A stretch of 41,553 bases of DNA, taken from UHGV virus genome UHGV-0389665. The stretch is one strand, 5' to 3'. Positions 1-8,806 of the stretch are shown here, in pieces; position 1 is the first letter of the stretch, and every line of letters begins with the position of its first letter. This DNA is from a virus. Position numbers and translations under genes: made by a program. Below the pieces are notes generated by a model. The model did no database searches. It saw only the letters and a list, made by a program, of their open reading frames with translations, and was not told the origin of the DNA.

Positions 1-120
1 GGATGCGCTATGACAATGCCTATTGTAAAACGGGCTATCCAGTATAAGACGGATCACTGGTGCCCCGCAGTGTTTGTGAAGGGGCCGGATCCAGACCGGA
101 GGGCGCAGCATGAAGTGTAA
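1..120 (+). CDS. 3' end of an ORF entering from upstream of the window (frame 1, open from base 1 to TAA at 118-120), overlapping the ATG of the next gene by 11 nt
   Basis: Frame 1 is open for 39 codons from base 1 (GCAMTMPIVKRAIQYKTDHWCPAVFVKGPDPDRRAQHEV*). The stop overlaps the 110 ATG in an ATGAAGTGTAA arrangement typical of coupled genes. Confidence 0.4.
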   Translation, partial: GCAMTMPIVKRAIQYKTDHWCPAVFVKGPDPDRRAQHEV

Positions 121-310
121 TAATTGCGGAATGCACATGGAGCTTGCTATTCAGGCTGATTTAGGTATGAGCGCGAATAAGATAATTGGTCTGAGTAGTT
201 ATGATCCCGCGGCTAAAAGGTTAAAAACTATCGGATATGTGATGTACTGTCCAAAGTGCGGAAACCTGCAGGTGGACTTTGAAAAAACGATAGAACTATG
301 TGATCAGTAG
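110..310 (+). CDS. small zinc-ribbon protein (two CxxC pairs)
   Basis: 66 aa with CNNCG...CPKCG motifs, intact ORF. Confidence 0.55.
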   Translation: MKCNNCGMHMELAIQADLGMSANKIIGLSSYDPAAKRLKTIGYVMYCPKCGNLQVDFEKTIELCDQ

Positions 311-325
311 GGAAATTAGCATTTT

Positions 326-562
326 TCACCATAATAAAAACATCAGAACTAAAAAAGCAGTTGGAACAGAACAAAATATAATGAGTATCTTCAAAGATTT
401 GATTAACTTATTTAAGGATGTAAGTACTTCTTTTTCAGTTATTTTTTTAAGTTTACTTATTAAGTAAATGTAACATGAACCCGACAAAAATAGAATGACT
501 AAAACAGGAATGAAATAATTATTAAAAATAAAAAGCTTTGTACTGTTATCCATACTAAGCAC
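326..562 (-). CDS. possible small hydrophobic membrane protein in an AT-rich segment
   Basis: 78-aa ORF, strongly hydrophobic, in an AT-rich island whose composition differs from its neighbours. No clear RBS was examined. Confidence 0.3.
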   Translation of the reverse strand: MLSMDNSTKLFIFNNYFIPVLVILFLSGSCYIYLISKLKKITEKEVLTSLNKLIKSLKILIIFCSVPTAFLVLMFLLW

Positions 563-908
563 CTCACTATTTAAGAACTATAACGAAAGTATACATCTAT
601 GTTAATGACTTTACAATCATATACTTAATAGTTTTTTGAATTTTTGATACAGCAGGAAGCATGGATTCAGTAGTCAACAAAGCTGATATTCTCATGAGAA
701 AGGGTGCCCTAAAATTTTGGGGTACCTTGAGGGAAGTGAAAATTTTCGTACCCTTTTGAGGACGATGTAACGGCGAAAGCCTTTACATATAGCAACTATT
801 AATTCAACCCAACTATTTGCTATTGATATGTCACGATATGAATGCATAAGGTGTTGGACTCAAGGGCGGAGTTTCTGACCATCCTCCGCCCGGGAAGGAG
901 GTCTTTAA

Positions 909-1319
909 GTGAATCAGAAGAAATTAAAGAAGACAATATATAAGCTGGCGGAGATGTGCAATGCAACAGCATGCAAGAATTGTTTTCTGTCTTTTAATGA
1001 AAATAAATGTATGTTAAAGCATGCCAGTCTCCCGGATATAGCCAAAGGCTGTTTTGATAAAGAGCAGAGGTATGAGGGAACGATCTGGGTCCGTTTTAAA
1101 AACAAAGAAGATTTTAGTCATGCGTGTAATGACATAAGAGAGTTATTGAAAACAGAGGGAAACTATGAAGTTAGGATTTACCTTATGGATACTAATGAGA
1201 TGAAAATACAGGCATTGATGGCAGACGAAGAAGTCTTTACACAACTTATTGAGGACTATGGAGAAGATAACGTTAAACTGGTCGTGAAGGTTCCAGATGA
1301 GGTTTTATCATACTTTTAA
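909..1319 (+). CDS. hypothetical early protein (GTG start)
   Basis: 136-aa ORF preceded by GGAAGGAGG RBS. A perfect 8-bp stem hairpin GGGCGGAG..CTCCGCCC lies just upstream. Confidence 0.55.
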   Translation: MNQKKLKKTIYKLAEMCNATACKNCFLSFNENKCMLKHASLPDIAKGCFDKEQRYEGTIWVRFKNKEDFSHACNDIRELLKTEGNYEVRIYLMDTNEMKIQALMADEEVFTQLIEDYGEDNVKLVVKVPDEVLSYF

Positions 1320-1337
1320 ATGGAGGGCAGGTAAAGG

Positions 1338-3791
1338 ATGTCGGATGACTATAGTTTAAGACAATATGCGCTGGCTTATGCGAAGATGGGGATGGCAGTA
1401 TTCCCCTTGGTGCCGAAATCCAAAAATCCTGCCACACAACACGGATTCCAGAATGCCACAACGGATCCTAACCAGATAGAGGAGTGGTGGGGAGGGAACC
1501 CGAACTATAATATCGGTATTGCGTCAGGGCAGATGAGCGGTGGTATTGTTGTCGTAGACCTGGATATTGATAAAGAAAAAGGAAAATATGGCAATGAGAC
1601 CCTAAGAGAATGGGAATCAGAACATGGACAACTGCCCGATACCTGCCGAACGATAACTGGCAGAGGTGGGTATCATCTTCTTTATCGGGCTGATCGCAAA
1701 ATACTTTGCAGCATAAATGAAGAAAAGGCAGTCGATATCCGGGGGGATGGCGGTTATTTTGTGGCCCCGCCCAGTATACACGAAAATGGCAATCGGTATG
1801 AATGGGAACAGGATCCACAGGAGTTTGTACTTGAGCAGGCGGATGACCTTGTCTATGAGTTCATTGACTTTGTAAGACCCGAAAAGAAAGAGAAGCCAAC
1901 CTTTTCGGTTCCAGAAATGATTCCGGAAGGCAGCCGGGACAATACCATCTTTCGGCTTGCCTGTAGTTTACAGTCCAAAGGGCTGTCTGATGAGGCCATC
2001 TTAGCAGCGGCTATGAAGGAGAATGAAACCAGGTGTGTGCCGCCTTTGACAGATAAAGAGGTAGAACAGAAGGTAGAGAGTGCCCTTAAGTACCAAAAGT
2101 CAACCACGCCCTATTCGGAAAAGGCTCTGCCGCCTAAAGAAGGAATAACCCAGTTCGTGGATGCACCCATTCAGCTAAGATGTGAAGACTGGATCTGCAA
2201 TAAGGATGGTGTATATAAATGGATCCCAGGAAAAAAGGATACGGATCCACCGATACTTATTGATGTGTCGTATCAGCAGATCCTGCCGGTCGGCCTTACT
2301 GAAAATATAGAAACAGGTGAACAGAAGTATGACATTGCATTTAGTGTCCGAAGAAACGGAAGGTTCATGTGGAAGGATATCAAGGTGGAACCGGCTGTCT
2401 GCTGCTCTAAGACCAAGATAGTTACACTTTCTAACCTGGGTGTGGTGGTAAATGACCAGAAGGCGAAGAACCTTGTCAATTACATATCGGACATGTACAG
2501 GATTAATGAGGATCATCTGCCGGTAACAAAGGCCGTGTCGCATTTCGGGTGGATCGGGAAACAGTTTTTTCCCTATGTTAAGGATATTGTGTTTGATGGG
2601 GATAATGCGCAGGCAAAGACAGTCCAGGCCGTGGGCAGCCATGGAACATTTGAGGTTTGGCAGAAGGAATGTATGGAGTACCGGAAGAACCTCTTTGTGC
2701 GCCTATTGATGGATGCCAGTCTGGCATCTGCCTTGATCAAAAAAATCAACTGCCTCTGCTTTGTGCTTCATTTGTGGGGCGCATCCGGTACAGGAAAAAC
2801 GGTTGCGTTTATGGTGGCAGCATCTATATGGGGGATTCCGGATGAACTGATTCTGTCCGTTGATTCCACGATCAATTATTGTACAAGCAGGGCGGCACTT
2901 ATGAAAAGTATCCCTGTATTTGTGGATGAGACACAGCTTTCAAGGGGAAGCCTGGAGAAACTGATCTATGCTATGACAGAAGGAAAGGAAAGAGGGAGGC
3001 TGTCAAGAAATAGCAGCGAGAAGGATCGCAAGACCTGGGAGAATGTATCCTTTTTTAATGGTGAGCAGCCGATAGTCGGTGAGCAGTCTGGGGCCGGTGC
3101 GGTCAACCGTGTGATCGAACTGGAAATTGACCAACCGCTTTTTACTGATTTTACCCATGTACTGGAAACGGTACGGGAAAACAATGGACAGGCCGGGGAA
3201 ATGTTTGTGCGGTATATCCAGGGGATCCCGGATACGGAATTGGTAAGGAGGCATAAGGATTTATGTCAGAAACTGTCCATTCTGGCACAGAGTACAGGAA
3301 AGCAGGTGCAGAGCCTGGCCTGTATCCTCCTGGCTGATCAGCTGGCAGGAGAATGCTTGTTTCCGGGCGAGAAAGCCGTTGACCTGCTGGAAGGGGTGGG
3401 TTTCCTTAAAAGGGAGACAGAGGTGTCTCAGGCCGAAAGGGCATATCAGTTCATTATCGACTGGATTGCTGCGAACGAGAACATGTTTAACCCAATGTAT
3501 AGCAATCGGATTTTAGGCAAGATTGCAGGGGATAGCTGTCTGTTTAATCAGACTGAATTGTCAGCGGTTCTGGAAGAGAGCGGATTTAATTTTGACGCTG
3601 TAAAAAAGGAGTGGGCCGCTGCCGGATATCTGGAACGGTCAAGTGATGGAAAATATGCAATCCGTACAACGGTAGCTGGGAAGGACACTAAGGCAAGGTA
3701 TGTGAAAATTATTTTTCAGTATCCTAAGTCCATTGGTGAATATGAAGATTACGCTGGGGACAGCGAGCCGTTTTGTGGGAACATAGGTTAG
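1338..3791 (+). CDS. bifunctional DNA primase/polymerase (Prim-Pol N-terminal, PriCT-like) fused to a P-loop NTPase/helicase domain
   Basis: The N-terminus reads [22 protein letters not shown]...IGIASG...VVVDLDIDK, typical of the Prim-Pol domain. A PriCT-like segment follows ([21 protein letters not shown]). A Walker A motif GASGTGKT lies in the C-terminal half. RBS GGAGGG precedes the ATG. Confidence 0.9.
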   Translation: MSDDYSLRQYALAYAKMGMAVFPLVPKSKNPATQHGFQNATTDPNQIEEWWGGNPNYNIGIASGQMSGGIVVVDLDIDKEKGKYGNETLREWESEHGQLPDTCRTITGRGGYHLLYRADRKILCSINEEKAVDIRGDGGYFVAPPSIHENGNRYEWEQDPQEFVLEQADDLVYEFIDFVRPEKKEKPTFSVPEMIPEGSRDNTIFRLACSLQSKGLSDEAILAAAMKENETRCVPPLTDKEVEQKVESALKYQKSTTPYSEKALPPKEGITQFVDAPIQLRCEDWICNKDGVYKWIPGKKDTDPPILIDVSYQQILPVGLTENIETGEQKYDIAFSVRRNGRFMWKDIKVEPAVCCSKTKIVTLSNLGVVVNDQKAKNLVNYISDMYRINEDHLPVTKAVSHFGWIGKQFFPYVKDIVFDGDNAQAKTVQAVGSHGTFEVWQKECMEYRKNLFVRLLMDASLASALIKKINCLCFVLHLWGASGTGKTVAFMVAASIWGIPDELILSVDSTINYCTSRAALMKSIPVFVDETQLSRGSLEKLIYAMTEGKERGRLSRNSSEKDRKTWENVSFFNGEQPIVGEQSGAGAVNRVIELEIDQPLFTDFTHVLETVRENNGQAGEMFVRYIQGIPDTELVRRHKDLCQKLSILAQSTGKQVQSLACILLADQLAGECLFPGEKAVDLLEGVGFLKRETEVSQAERAYQFIIDWIAANENMFNPMYSNRILGKIAGDSCLFNQTELSAVLEESGFNFDAVKKEWAAAGYLERSSDGKYAIRTTVAGKDTKARYVKIIFQYPKSIGEYEDYAGDSEPFCGNIG

Positions 3792-4075
3792 AATGTGGGC
3801 AGAGTGGGAACCATGTGGGAATGAAAAAGTCTGTGTTTATAAGGGTTTATATAGAGGTTCCCACATTCCCACATATATATCTGTTACAGAGACATATATA
3901 ATTCTTTATATGTACATAGGGTTGCCACATACGAGGACTATTAACATATAGCTCCCTAAAACAAAAAAATGGGTGGGGACGTGGGAATATCCCGGAAAGC
4001 CTTATAGAATAAGGGTTTTTGCATCCCTCCAGACTGAATTTAGAAAGTGGGAAAACAAAATAAGTGGGAATACAA
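3792..4075. repeat. iteron cluster of at least 8 GTGGGAA(T) copies in both orientations around an AT-rich core; candidate origin of replication
   Basis: Direct copies are at 3796, 3804, 3815, 3972/3981, 4047 and 4065. Inverted copies TTCCCAC are at 3858 and 3866, and a variant TGCCACAT is at 3922. The AT-rich tract 3870-3960 sits immediately 3' of the primase-helicase gene. Confidence 0.55.
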
Positions 4076-4128
4076 AGTAGAAAAAGAGGGATTTTCGGAT
4101 AAGGAGAAAGAGAAAGGAGGTGGGAGTT

Positions 4129-4382
4129 TGAGACAGGTATATTACAATGTATATGACTATGGGCGTCTGATCGGATCCCATACAACCGGGGACATACAGA
4201 CAATGCTTCACTGCAGCCGGCAGGTTCCAGAACACTGTGCGGCAGAGGGCAGGTCATACAGAGGAAGATATACATTTGAGCGGTTGGGAGATTACAGTGA
4301 CGTTAAGGCCGGAGATTTGGCGGCTGAATGGGACAAGGTGAGGTTACAGATCCTACATAGAGGAAAGGCAGGGAGAATATGA
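4129..4382 (+). CDS. hypothetical protein (TTG start after AAAGGAGGTGGG RBS)
   Basis: ORF is in the frame of the 4047 track ORF. The start is chosen downstream of the iteron region because a strong RBS is present there. Confidence 0.4.
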
Positions 4383-4582
4383 AGAAAGCGAAGAGGATCA
4401 TGATGGTACAGAGTATGGTAAACACATTGGTGGACAGTATTAAGGAATATGAGAACTATGAGAGCAGAAACGGATATCCGCCTATGTATGGCAACACTGA
4501 CCAGTATGACACGAAGGAATCCATCAAGAGGCGGATTGTGCAGGCCAGGGCAGAACTGAACCATCTGGCCAAAGAGTTATAG
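4379..4582 (+). CDS. hypothetical protein
   Basis: 67-aa ORF whose ATG overlaps the upstream stop (ATGA). Confidence 0.45.
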   Translation: MKKAKRIMMVQSMVNTLVDSIKEYENYESRNGYPPMYGNTDQYDTKESIKRRIVQARAELNHLAKEL

Positions 4583-4595
4583 GGAGGTTGTCGGA

Positions 4596-5018
4596 TTGGA
4601 ATTAACAGAAAATGAAAAGAAGAAAGAGTTCCTGATGTCCTACCAGAAGGAGAAGCGGCGGGTCCGGCGCCTGGAGGAACAGTTGGAGGAAGTGCGGCAG
4701 AATAAGATGTCCCCATCCGTTACGAATGACGGGATGCCACATGGGACGGACAAGAAGGACCTGTCAGATTATGCTGTAAAGGTGGACGAGATAGAGCAGG
4801 CGATCATAGCAGCCCGGTACAGCCGGATTTGTGCATTTCAGGAGGTACAGAGGCGGATTGAGGCTATGGAGGATGAGCGGGAGAAGGCTGTTTTAAAATA
4901 CAGATACCTTGCCTTGATGAATTGGGGTAAAATTGCAATAAAAATGCAGAAGTCATATAGACAGGTTCTGAGGATACATGGAACTGCTTTGCAGCATTTC
5001 AATCGAACTGATGTTTGA
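4596..5018 (+). CDS. ArpU/RinA-like or sigma-70 region-4-like phage late transcriptional regulator
   Basis: The C-terminal HTH-like segment reads RYLALMNWGKIAIKMQKSYRQVLRIHGTALQHF. The gene sits immediately upstream of the packaging module. AGGGAGG RBS, TTG start. Confidence 0.55.
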   Translation: MELTENEKKKEFLMSYQKEKRRVRRLEEQLEEVRQNKMSPSVTNDGMPHGTDKKDLSDYAVKVDEIEQAIIAARYSRICAFQEVQRRIEAMEDEREKAVLKYRYLALMNWGKIAIKMQKSYRQVLRIHGTALQHFNRTDV

Positions 5019-5074
5019 CATGTCACATGGATTATAGTATAATTATAACATGGGAAAGTGTAAGAGGACTTAAA

Positions 5075-5686
5075 ATGAGCTCATATACAAATGCGTTAGA
5101 AGATGGCATAGAGACTATCCCTAATAATAGGGGAGATTGGTATATGATTCCCTGCGAAGTTTGCGGGCGCAAAATACGAAGTACTCAGTACAGCAGGAAA
5201 AGAACGTATCTTTGTGATTATTGCAAAGGTGTGATTAAAGAGAAAGAAAAAGTTCAAATTCCTTCTACGGAGACTAAGTATGATAGACGTTTTAATTCTG
5301 CGGTTGAGAATATAAGAAAAGCGGTAAAGGATTTTAAAAGCTATGAAAAAGCTATCGAAGTTGCTAAAGGAAGGTCATATCAGTACGGGAGTATACCGGA
5401 AGCTATGGTTGCAATTGAGCTTTTGAAAAATAAATATAAAATAGTCCCACAGCAGAAAATTGGAAAGTATAAAGTAGATTTTGTTATTCCTGAAATAAAG
5501 GTAGTTTTAGAGGTGGATGGGAAACTGTATCACTCAGATATTCGAGCCGAAGGAGAAAGAGACTTTGTTATCCATCAATCATTAGGGATAAAATGGATGG
5601 TGATTCATTACCCGGCGGAATATGTTACAAAAGATATTACGAAACTCGTTCCATTTATTAAAGAGTACATAAAAGGGAATATTTAG
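5075..5686 (+). CDS. DUF559/Vsr-like (PD-(D/E)XK fold) endonuclease-domain protein with N-terminal CxxC...CxxC zinc ribbon
   Basis: N-terminal zinc ribbon CEVCGRK...CDYCKG. C-terminal VDFVIPEIKVVLEVDGKLYHSDIRAEGERDFVIHQSLGIKWMVIHY matches the DUF559 D..H...D..R..L..G..V.R pattern. RBS AAGAGGA 7 nt before ATG 5075. AT-rich gene. Confidence 0.6.
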   Translation: MSSYTNALEDGIETIPNNRGDWYMIPCEVCGRKIRSTQYSRKRTYLCDYCKGVIKEKEKVQIPSTETKYDRRFNSAVENIRKAVKDFKSYEKAIEVAKGRSYQYGSIPEAMVAIELLKNKYKIVPQQKIGKYKVDFVIPEIKVVLEVDGKLYHSDIRAEGERDFVIHQSLGIKWMVIHYPAEYVTKDITKLVPFIKEYIKGNI

Positions 5687-5699
5687 CGAAATTGGGCCT

Positions 5700-5727
5700 A
5701 CCGGAAACGGAGGCCTTTTTCATTGTC
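5700..5727 (+). terminator. intrinsic terminator after the endonuclease gene
   Basis: GGCCTACCGGAAACGGAGGCC hairpin followed by TTTTTC. Confidence 0.5.
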
Positions 5728-5811
5728 CCTGTCGGGTGAAACCTAGACTGGCGGGGTCCTCCTTTCCCATCAACATCTCTTCAAAAGATACGTATAACAT
5801 GTATTAAACAC

Positions 5812-5840
5812 TTGACAATACGTATAGTACGTGCTATAAT
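5812..5840 (+). promoter_or_regulatory. consensus sigma-A promoter (TTGACA-17-TATAAT) for hicAB with palindrome ACGTATAGTACGT in the spacer
   Basis: TTGACA at 5812-5817, a 17-nt spacer and TATAAT at 5835-5840. The 13-bp perfect palindrome in the spacer is a candidate HicB operator. A related TACGTATA motif is at 5789-5797. Confidence 0.6.
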
Positions 5841-5861
5841 ATAATTAGAAGGAGGGAAGAG

Positions 5862-6044
5862 ATGAGGTTTAGAGAAGTAGAAAGATTGGTTTTACAAGAT
5901 GGATGGTACGAAGTAAAACAGGTTGGCTCACATCATCAATACAAACATCCAACCAAACCTGGAAAGGTTACGATACCAGAACATAAAGGGAAGGACATAA
6001 ACCCAACGGTTGTAAAATCAATTCTCAAGCAGGCGGGGCTGTAA
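5862..6044 (+). CDS. hicA: HicA-family mRNA interferase toxin
   Basis: 60 aa, MRFREVERLVLQDGWYEVKQVGSHHQYKHPTKPGKVTIPEHKGKDI, the characteristic HicA sequence. GGAGGG RBS. Confidence 0.85.
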   Translation: MRFREVERLVLQDGWYEVKQVGSHHQYKHPTKPGKVTIPEHKGKDINPTVVKSILKQAGL

Positions 6045-6078
6045 AGCCCCAAAGCCTGTACTTAAAGGAGGTGAACCA

Positions 6079-6483
6079 ATGAAATTAGTTTATCCAGCTA
6101 TATTTACACCCTATGAAGACGGCACCGGTGGTTACGCCGTAGAATTTCCAGACCTGCCGGGATGTGTAACTGGCGGGGACGACATGGCAGAGGCTATCTT
6201 CATGGCAGAGGATGCTGCAAGCGGATGGGTGTTAACAGAGCTTGAGGATGGAAAGAAAGCACCAAAGGCATCTGACTTCAAGGCAATCAGCACGGATTCT
6301 GGTCAGTTCGTAAACATGGTTGCTTTGGACATGGATTTATATGCTGCTAAGTATGGAAGCAAAGCCGTAAAGAAGACACTTACCATTCCGGCATGGCTTA
6401 ACACCTATGTGGAAGAAAACAATATAAGCTGTTCTACCGTACTGCAGGAAGCATTGAGCAGGATGGCAGAATCATCAATGTAA
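6079..6483 (+). CDS. hicB: HicB-family antitoxin
   Basis: MKLVYPAIFTPYEDGTGGYAVEFPDLPGCVTGGDDMAEAI, a typical HicB N-terminal domain. Lies immediately downstream of hicA with an AAGGAGG RBS. Confidence 0.85.
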   Translation: MKLVYPAIFTPYEDGTGGYAVEFPDLPGCVTGGDDMAEAIFMAEDAASGWVLTELEDGKKAPKASDFKAISTDSGQFVNMVALDMDLYAAKYGSKAVKKTLTIPAWLNTYVEENNISCSTVLQEALSRMAESSM

Positions 6484-6656
6484 CAATAAGACCTCATTTC
6501 GGGCGTTCAGTTATCTGGGCGCCTTCCCTTATGCAGTGAAAGATGGGTGTTAAGTTGCTTAAATCATGTAAATGATGCGGCCGCAATTCCGCCTAAGTGG
6601 TTAAGAATTTGTATACAATTTTATATCCGGGATACACTATCACCGAGGTGATAAAA

Positions 6657-6812
6657 ATGGCGCAGAAAGAACATAATTCAGCAAGCGAGTTAGAAGCAAA
6701 GGCTAAGGTAGTAGAAACGTTCAATCCTCATTGGAATGAGGGAGAGTTTTTAGGACCGAATACCTTGAGACAGAAAAAAGATATTGATAAATACGGAGAA
6801 GAGGAGTCCTGA
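6657..6812 (+). CDS. hypothetical small protein
   Basis: ATG at 6657 preceded by a GAGGTGA RBS. The track ORF extends to 6597 but has no RBS there. Confidence 0.35.
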   Translation: MAQKEHNSASELEAKAKVVETFNPHWNEGEFLGPNTLRQKKDIDKYGEEES

Positions 6813-6854
6813 GGGCTTCTCTTTTTCTATACCCAAAACAAGGAGGTGAGCCAG

Positions 6855-7406
6855 ATGGCATTAACGCCCAAACAGAAAATATTTGCAGATGAATACCTGA
6901 TAGACCTCAATGCCACCAGGGCTTACAAGGTGGCGTATCCTAGTTGTAAGAAGGATGATGCAGCGGCAGTCAACGGAAGCAAGCTGCTAAGAAATACTAA
7001 GGTCGCAGAATACATACAGGAACGCATGAAGGAACGCTCAAAACGCACAGAAATCACTCAGGACCGCGTACTACAGGAACTGGAGAAACTGGTCTTGTTC
7101 GACATCAGGAAATTGTTTGACAGTAATGGAAAACCAGTAGATATATCAATGCTTGATGATGACACTGCCGCCTGTATTGCAGGGCTGGAAGTGGTGGATT
7201 ATTTCGAAGGGGCAGGAGAGGACAGGGAGTTTGCAGGATATGTAAAAAAGTATAAACTGACTGATAAATTAAGGGCAATTGAACTGATGGGCCGTCACTT
7301 TGGCATGTTTAAGGACAAAGTAGAACTGTCAGGACAAGTTGATACCACAAACCCATATGCTGGCCTAACAACTGAAGAACTGAAGAGGCTGATCCATGGT
7401 GGATAG
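6855..7406 (+). CDS. terminase small subunit
   Basis: ALTPKQKIFADEYLIDLNATRAYKVAYP is a typical N-terminal DNA-binding motif of phage small terminases. AAGGAGG RBS. Directly precedes the large subunit. Confidence 0.8.
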   Translation: MALTPKQKIFADEYLIDLNATRAYKVAYPSCKKDDAAAVNGSKLLRNTKVAEYIQERMKERSKRTEITQDRVLQELEKLVLFDIRKLFDSNGKPVDISMLDDDTAACIAGLEVVDYFEGAGEDREFAGYVKKYKLTDKLRAIELMGRHFGMFKDKVELSGQVDTTNPYAGLTTEELKRLIHGG

Positions 7407-8793
7407 ACATGAACTGGCAATCCAGGGCGCCAAAATAGAGCTTGCAAGACGCGAGTTCTTTTTTTATTGCCATTTGAAAGCGCCAGACTTCTACAGAGAG
7501 GATCGGAAGTATCTGGTTGATCTCTGCACAGACTTTCAGGAGTTTATGGAGTCTGATGATGAAGTGATGGTATTGAATCTTCCTCCGCGCCACGGAAAGT
7601 CAAGGACTGCAGGCTTATTTGTGGAATGGGTACTGGGCAATGATCAGACAGCTAAGGTCATGACCGGTTCTTACAATGAGACATTATCCACAATGTTCTC
7701 CAAAAACGTCCGAAACGATATCATGGAGGAAAAGGCCGATGAGAACCGGATTATATTCTCAGATATCTTTCCCGGCGTCCGGATCAAGCGCGGTGACGGC
7801 GCCATGAACCTGTGGAGCCTGGAGAGCGGCTACAATAACTACCTGGCCACATCCCCAACAGGCACAGCCACTGGCTTTGGGGCATCACTGCTTATCATTG
7901 ACGACCTAATCAAAAACGCCGAGGAGGCCAACAATGAACTGACCAAGGAGAAGCACTGGACTTGGTTCACGGACACAATGCTGTCCCGTCTGGAGGAAGG
8001 CGGGAAGATCATCATCATTATGACCCGGTGGGCCAGTGATGACCTTGCAGGCCGGGCCCTGGAACATTTCAGGGAGGCCGGGGCAAAGGTACGTCACATT
8101 TCCATGAAGGCCCTGCGGGATGACGGGACCATGCTGTGCCCGGAGGTTTTATCGCGGAAGTCCTACGAGGCCAAGATCAAGGCAATGGGAGCCGATATAG
8201 CATCAGCCAACTATCAGCAAGAGCCGATTGATCTTAAGGGCAGACTGTACACCAGCTTCAAGACCTATTCAGGGGAGCTGCCACAGTTCAAGGAGATCAG
8301 GAATTACACGGACACCGCAGATACCGGTGAAGATTATCTGTGCAGCATTAACTATGGTGTGACCTTTGCCAACGAGGCCTATATACTGGATGTCTTATAC
8401 ACCAAGGATCCTATGGAGGTTACGGAACCGGCCACGGCCAGGATGCTGCTGGAAGGGCAAGTCAACGTAGCCAAGATTGAGTCTAACAATGGTGGGCGCG
8501 GGTTCGCCCGGAATGTGCGCCGCATACTGGAGCAGGAGCTGGGCAGCAATCATACCACGATAAAGTGGTTCACGCAGACACACAACAAACAGGCCAGGAT
8601 ATATTCCAACTCAGCCTGGGTTATGGAACACATATACTTCCCGGAGGATTGGAAGAATCGTTGGCCAGAGTACCATAATGCCATGATCAAATACCAAAGA
8701 GAAGGAAAAAACAAACATGATGATGCCCCAGATGCCACAACAGGTATTGCCGAGAACTGCAGCAAGGGCAGTGGGATGAAAGTTATGAAGTGA
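7396..8793 (+). CDS. terminase large subunit (PBSX-type ATPase/nuclease)
   Basis: Walker A-like LPPRHGKS. 465 aa. Position between the small terminase and the portal. Confidence 0.9.
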   Translation: MVDRHELAIQGAKIELARREFFFYCHLKAPDFYREDRKYLVDLCTDFQEFMESDDEVMVLNLPPRHGKSRTAGLFVEWVLGNDQTAKVMTGSYNETLSTMFSKNVRNDIMEEKADENRIIFSDIFPGVRIKRGDGAMNLWSLESGYNNYLATSPTGTATGFGASLLIIDDLIKNAEEANNELTKEKHWTWFTDTMLSRLEEGGKIIIIMTRWASDDLAGRALEHFREAGAKVRHISMKALRDDGTMLCPEVLSRKSYEAKIKAMGADIASANYQQEPIDLKGRLYTSFKTYSGELPQFKEIRNYTDTADTGEDYLCSINYGVTFANEAYILDVLYTKDPMEVTEPATARMLLEGQVNVAKIESNNGGRGFARNVRRILEQELGSNHTTIKWFTQTHNKQARIYSNSAWVMEHIYFPEDWKNRWPEYHNAMIKYQREGKNKHDDAPDATTGIAENCSKGSGMKVMK

Positions 8794-8806
8794 GGTGAGA
8801 AATAAG

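Noticed and set aside
2175-2642. 155-aa minus-strand ORF inside the primase-helicase gene; similar antisense ORFs at 9149..9652, 10339..10827, 13846..14469, 14631..15122, 28119..28430 and 40934..41434
   Set aside because: Each lies entirely within a longer, well-supported plus-strand gene with good RBS and gene order. No RBS or domain signal was found, so I treat them as shadow ORFs.
4047-4128. 5' extension of the 4047..4382 ORF (start at GTG 4047)
   Set aside because: The extension overlaps two iteron copies and has no RBS. A strong RBS precedes the in-frame TTG at 4129.
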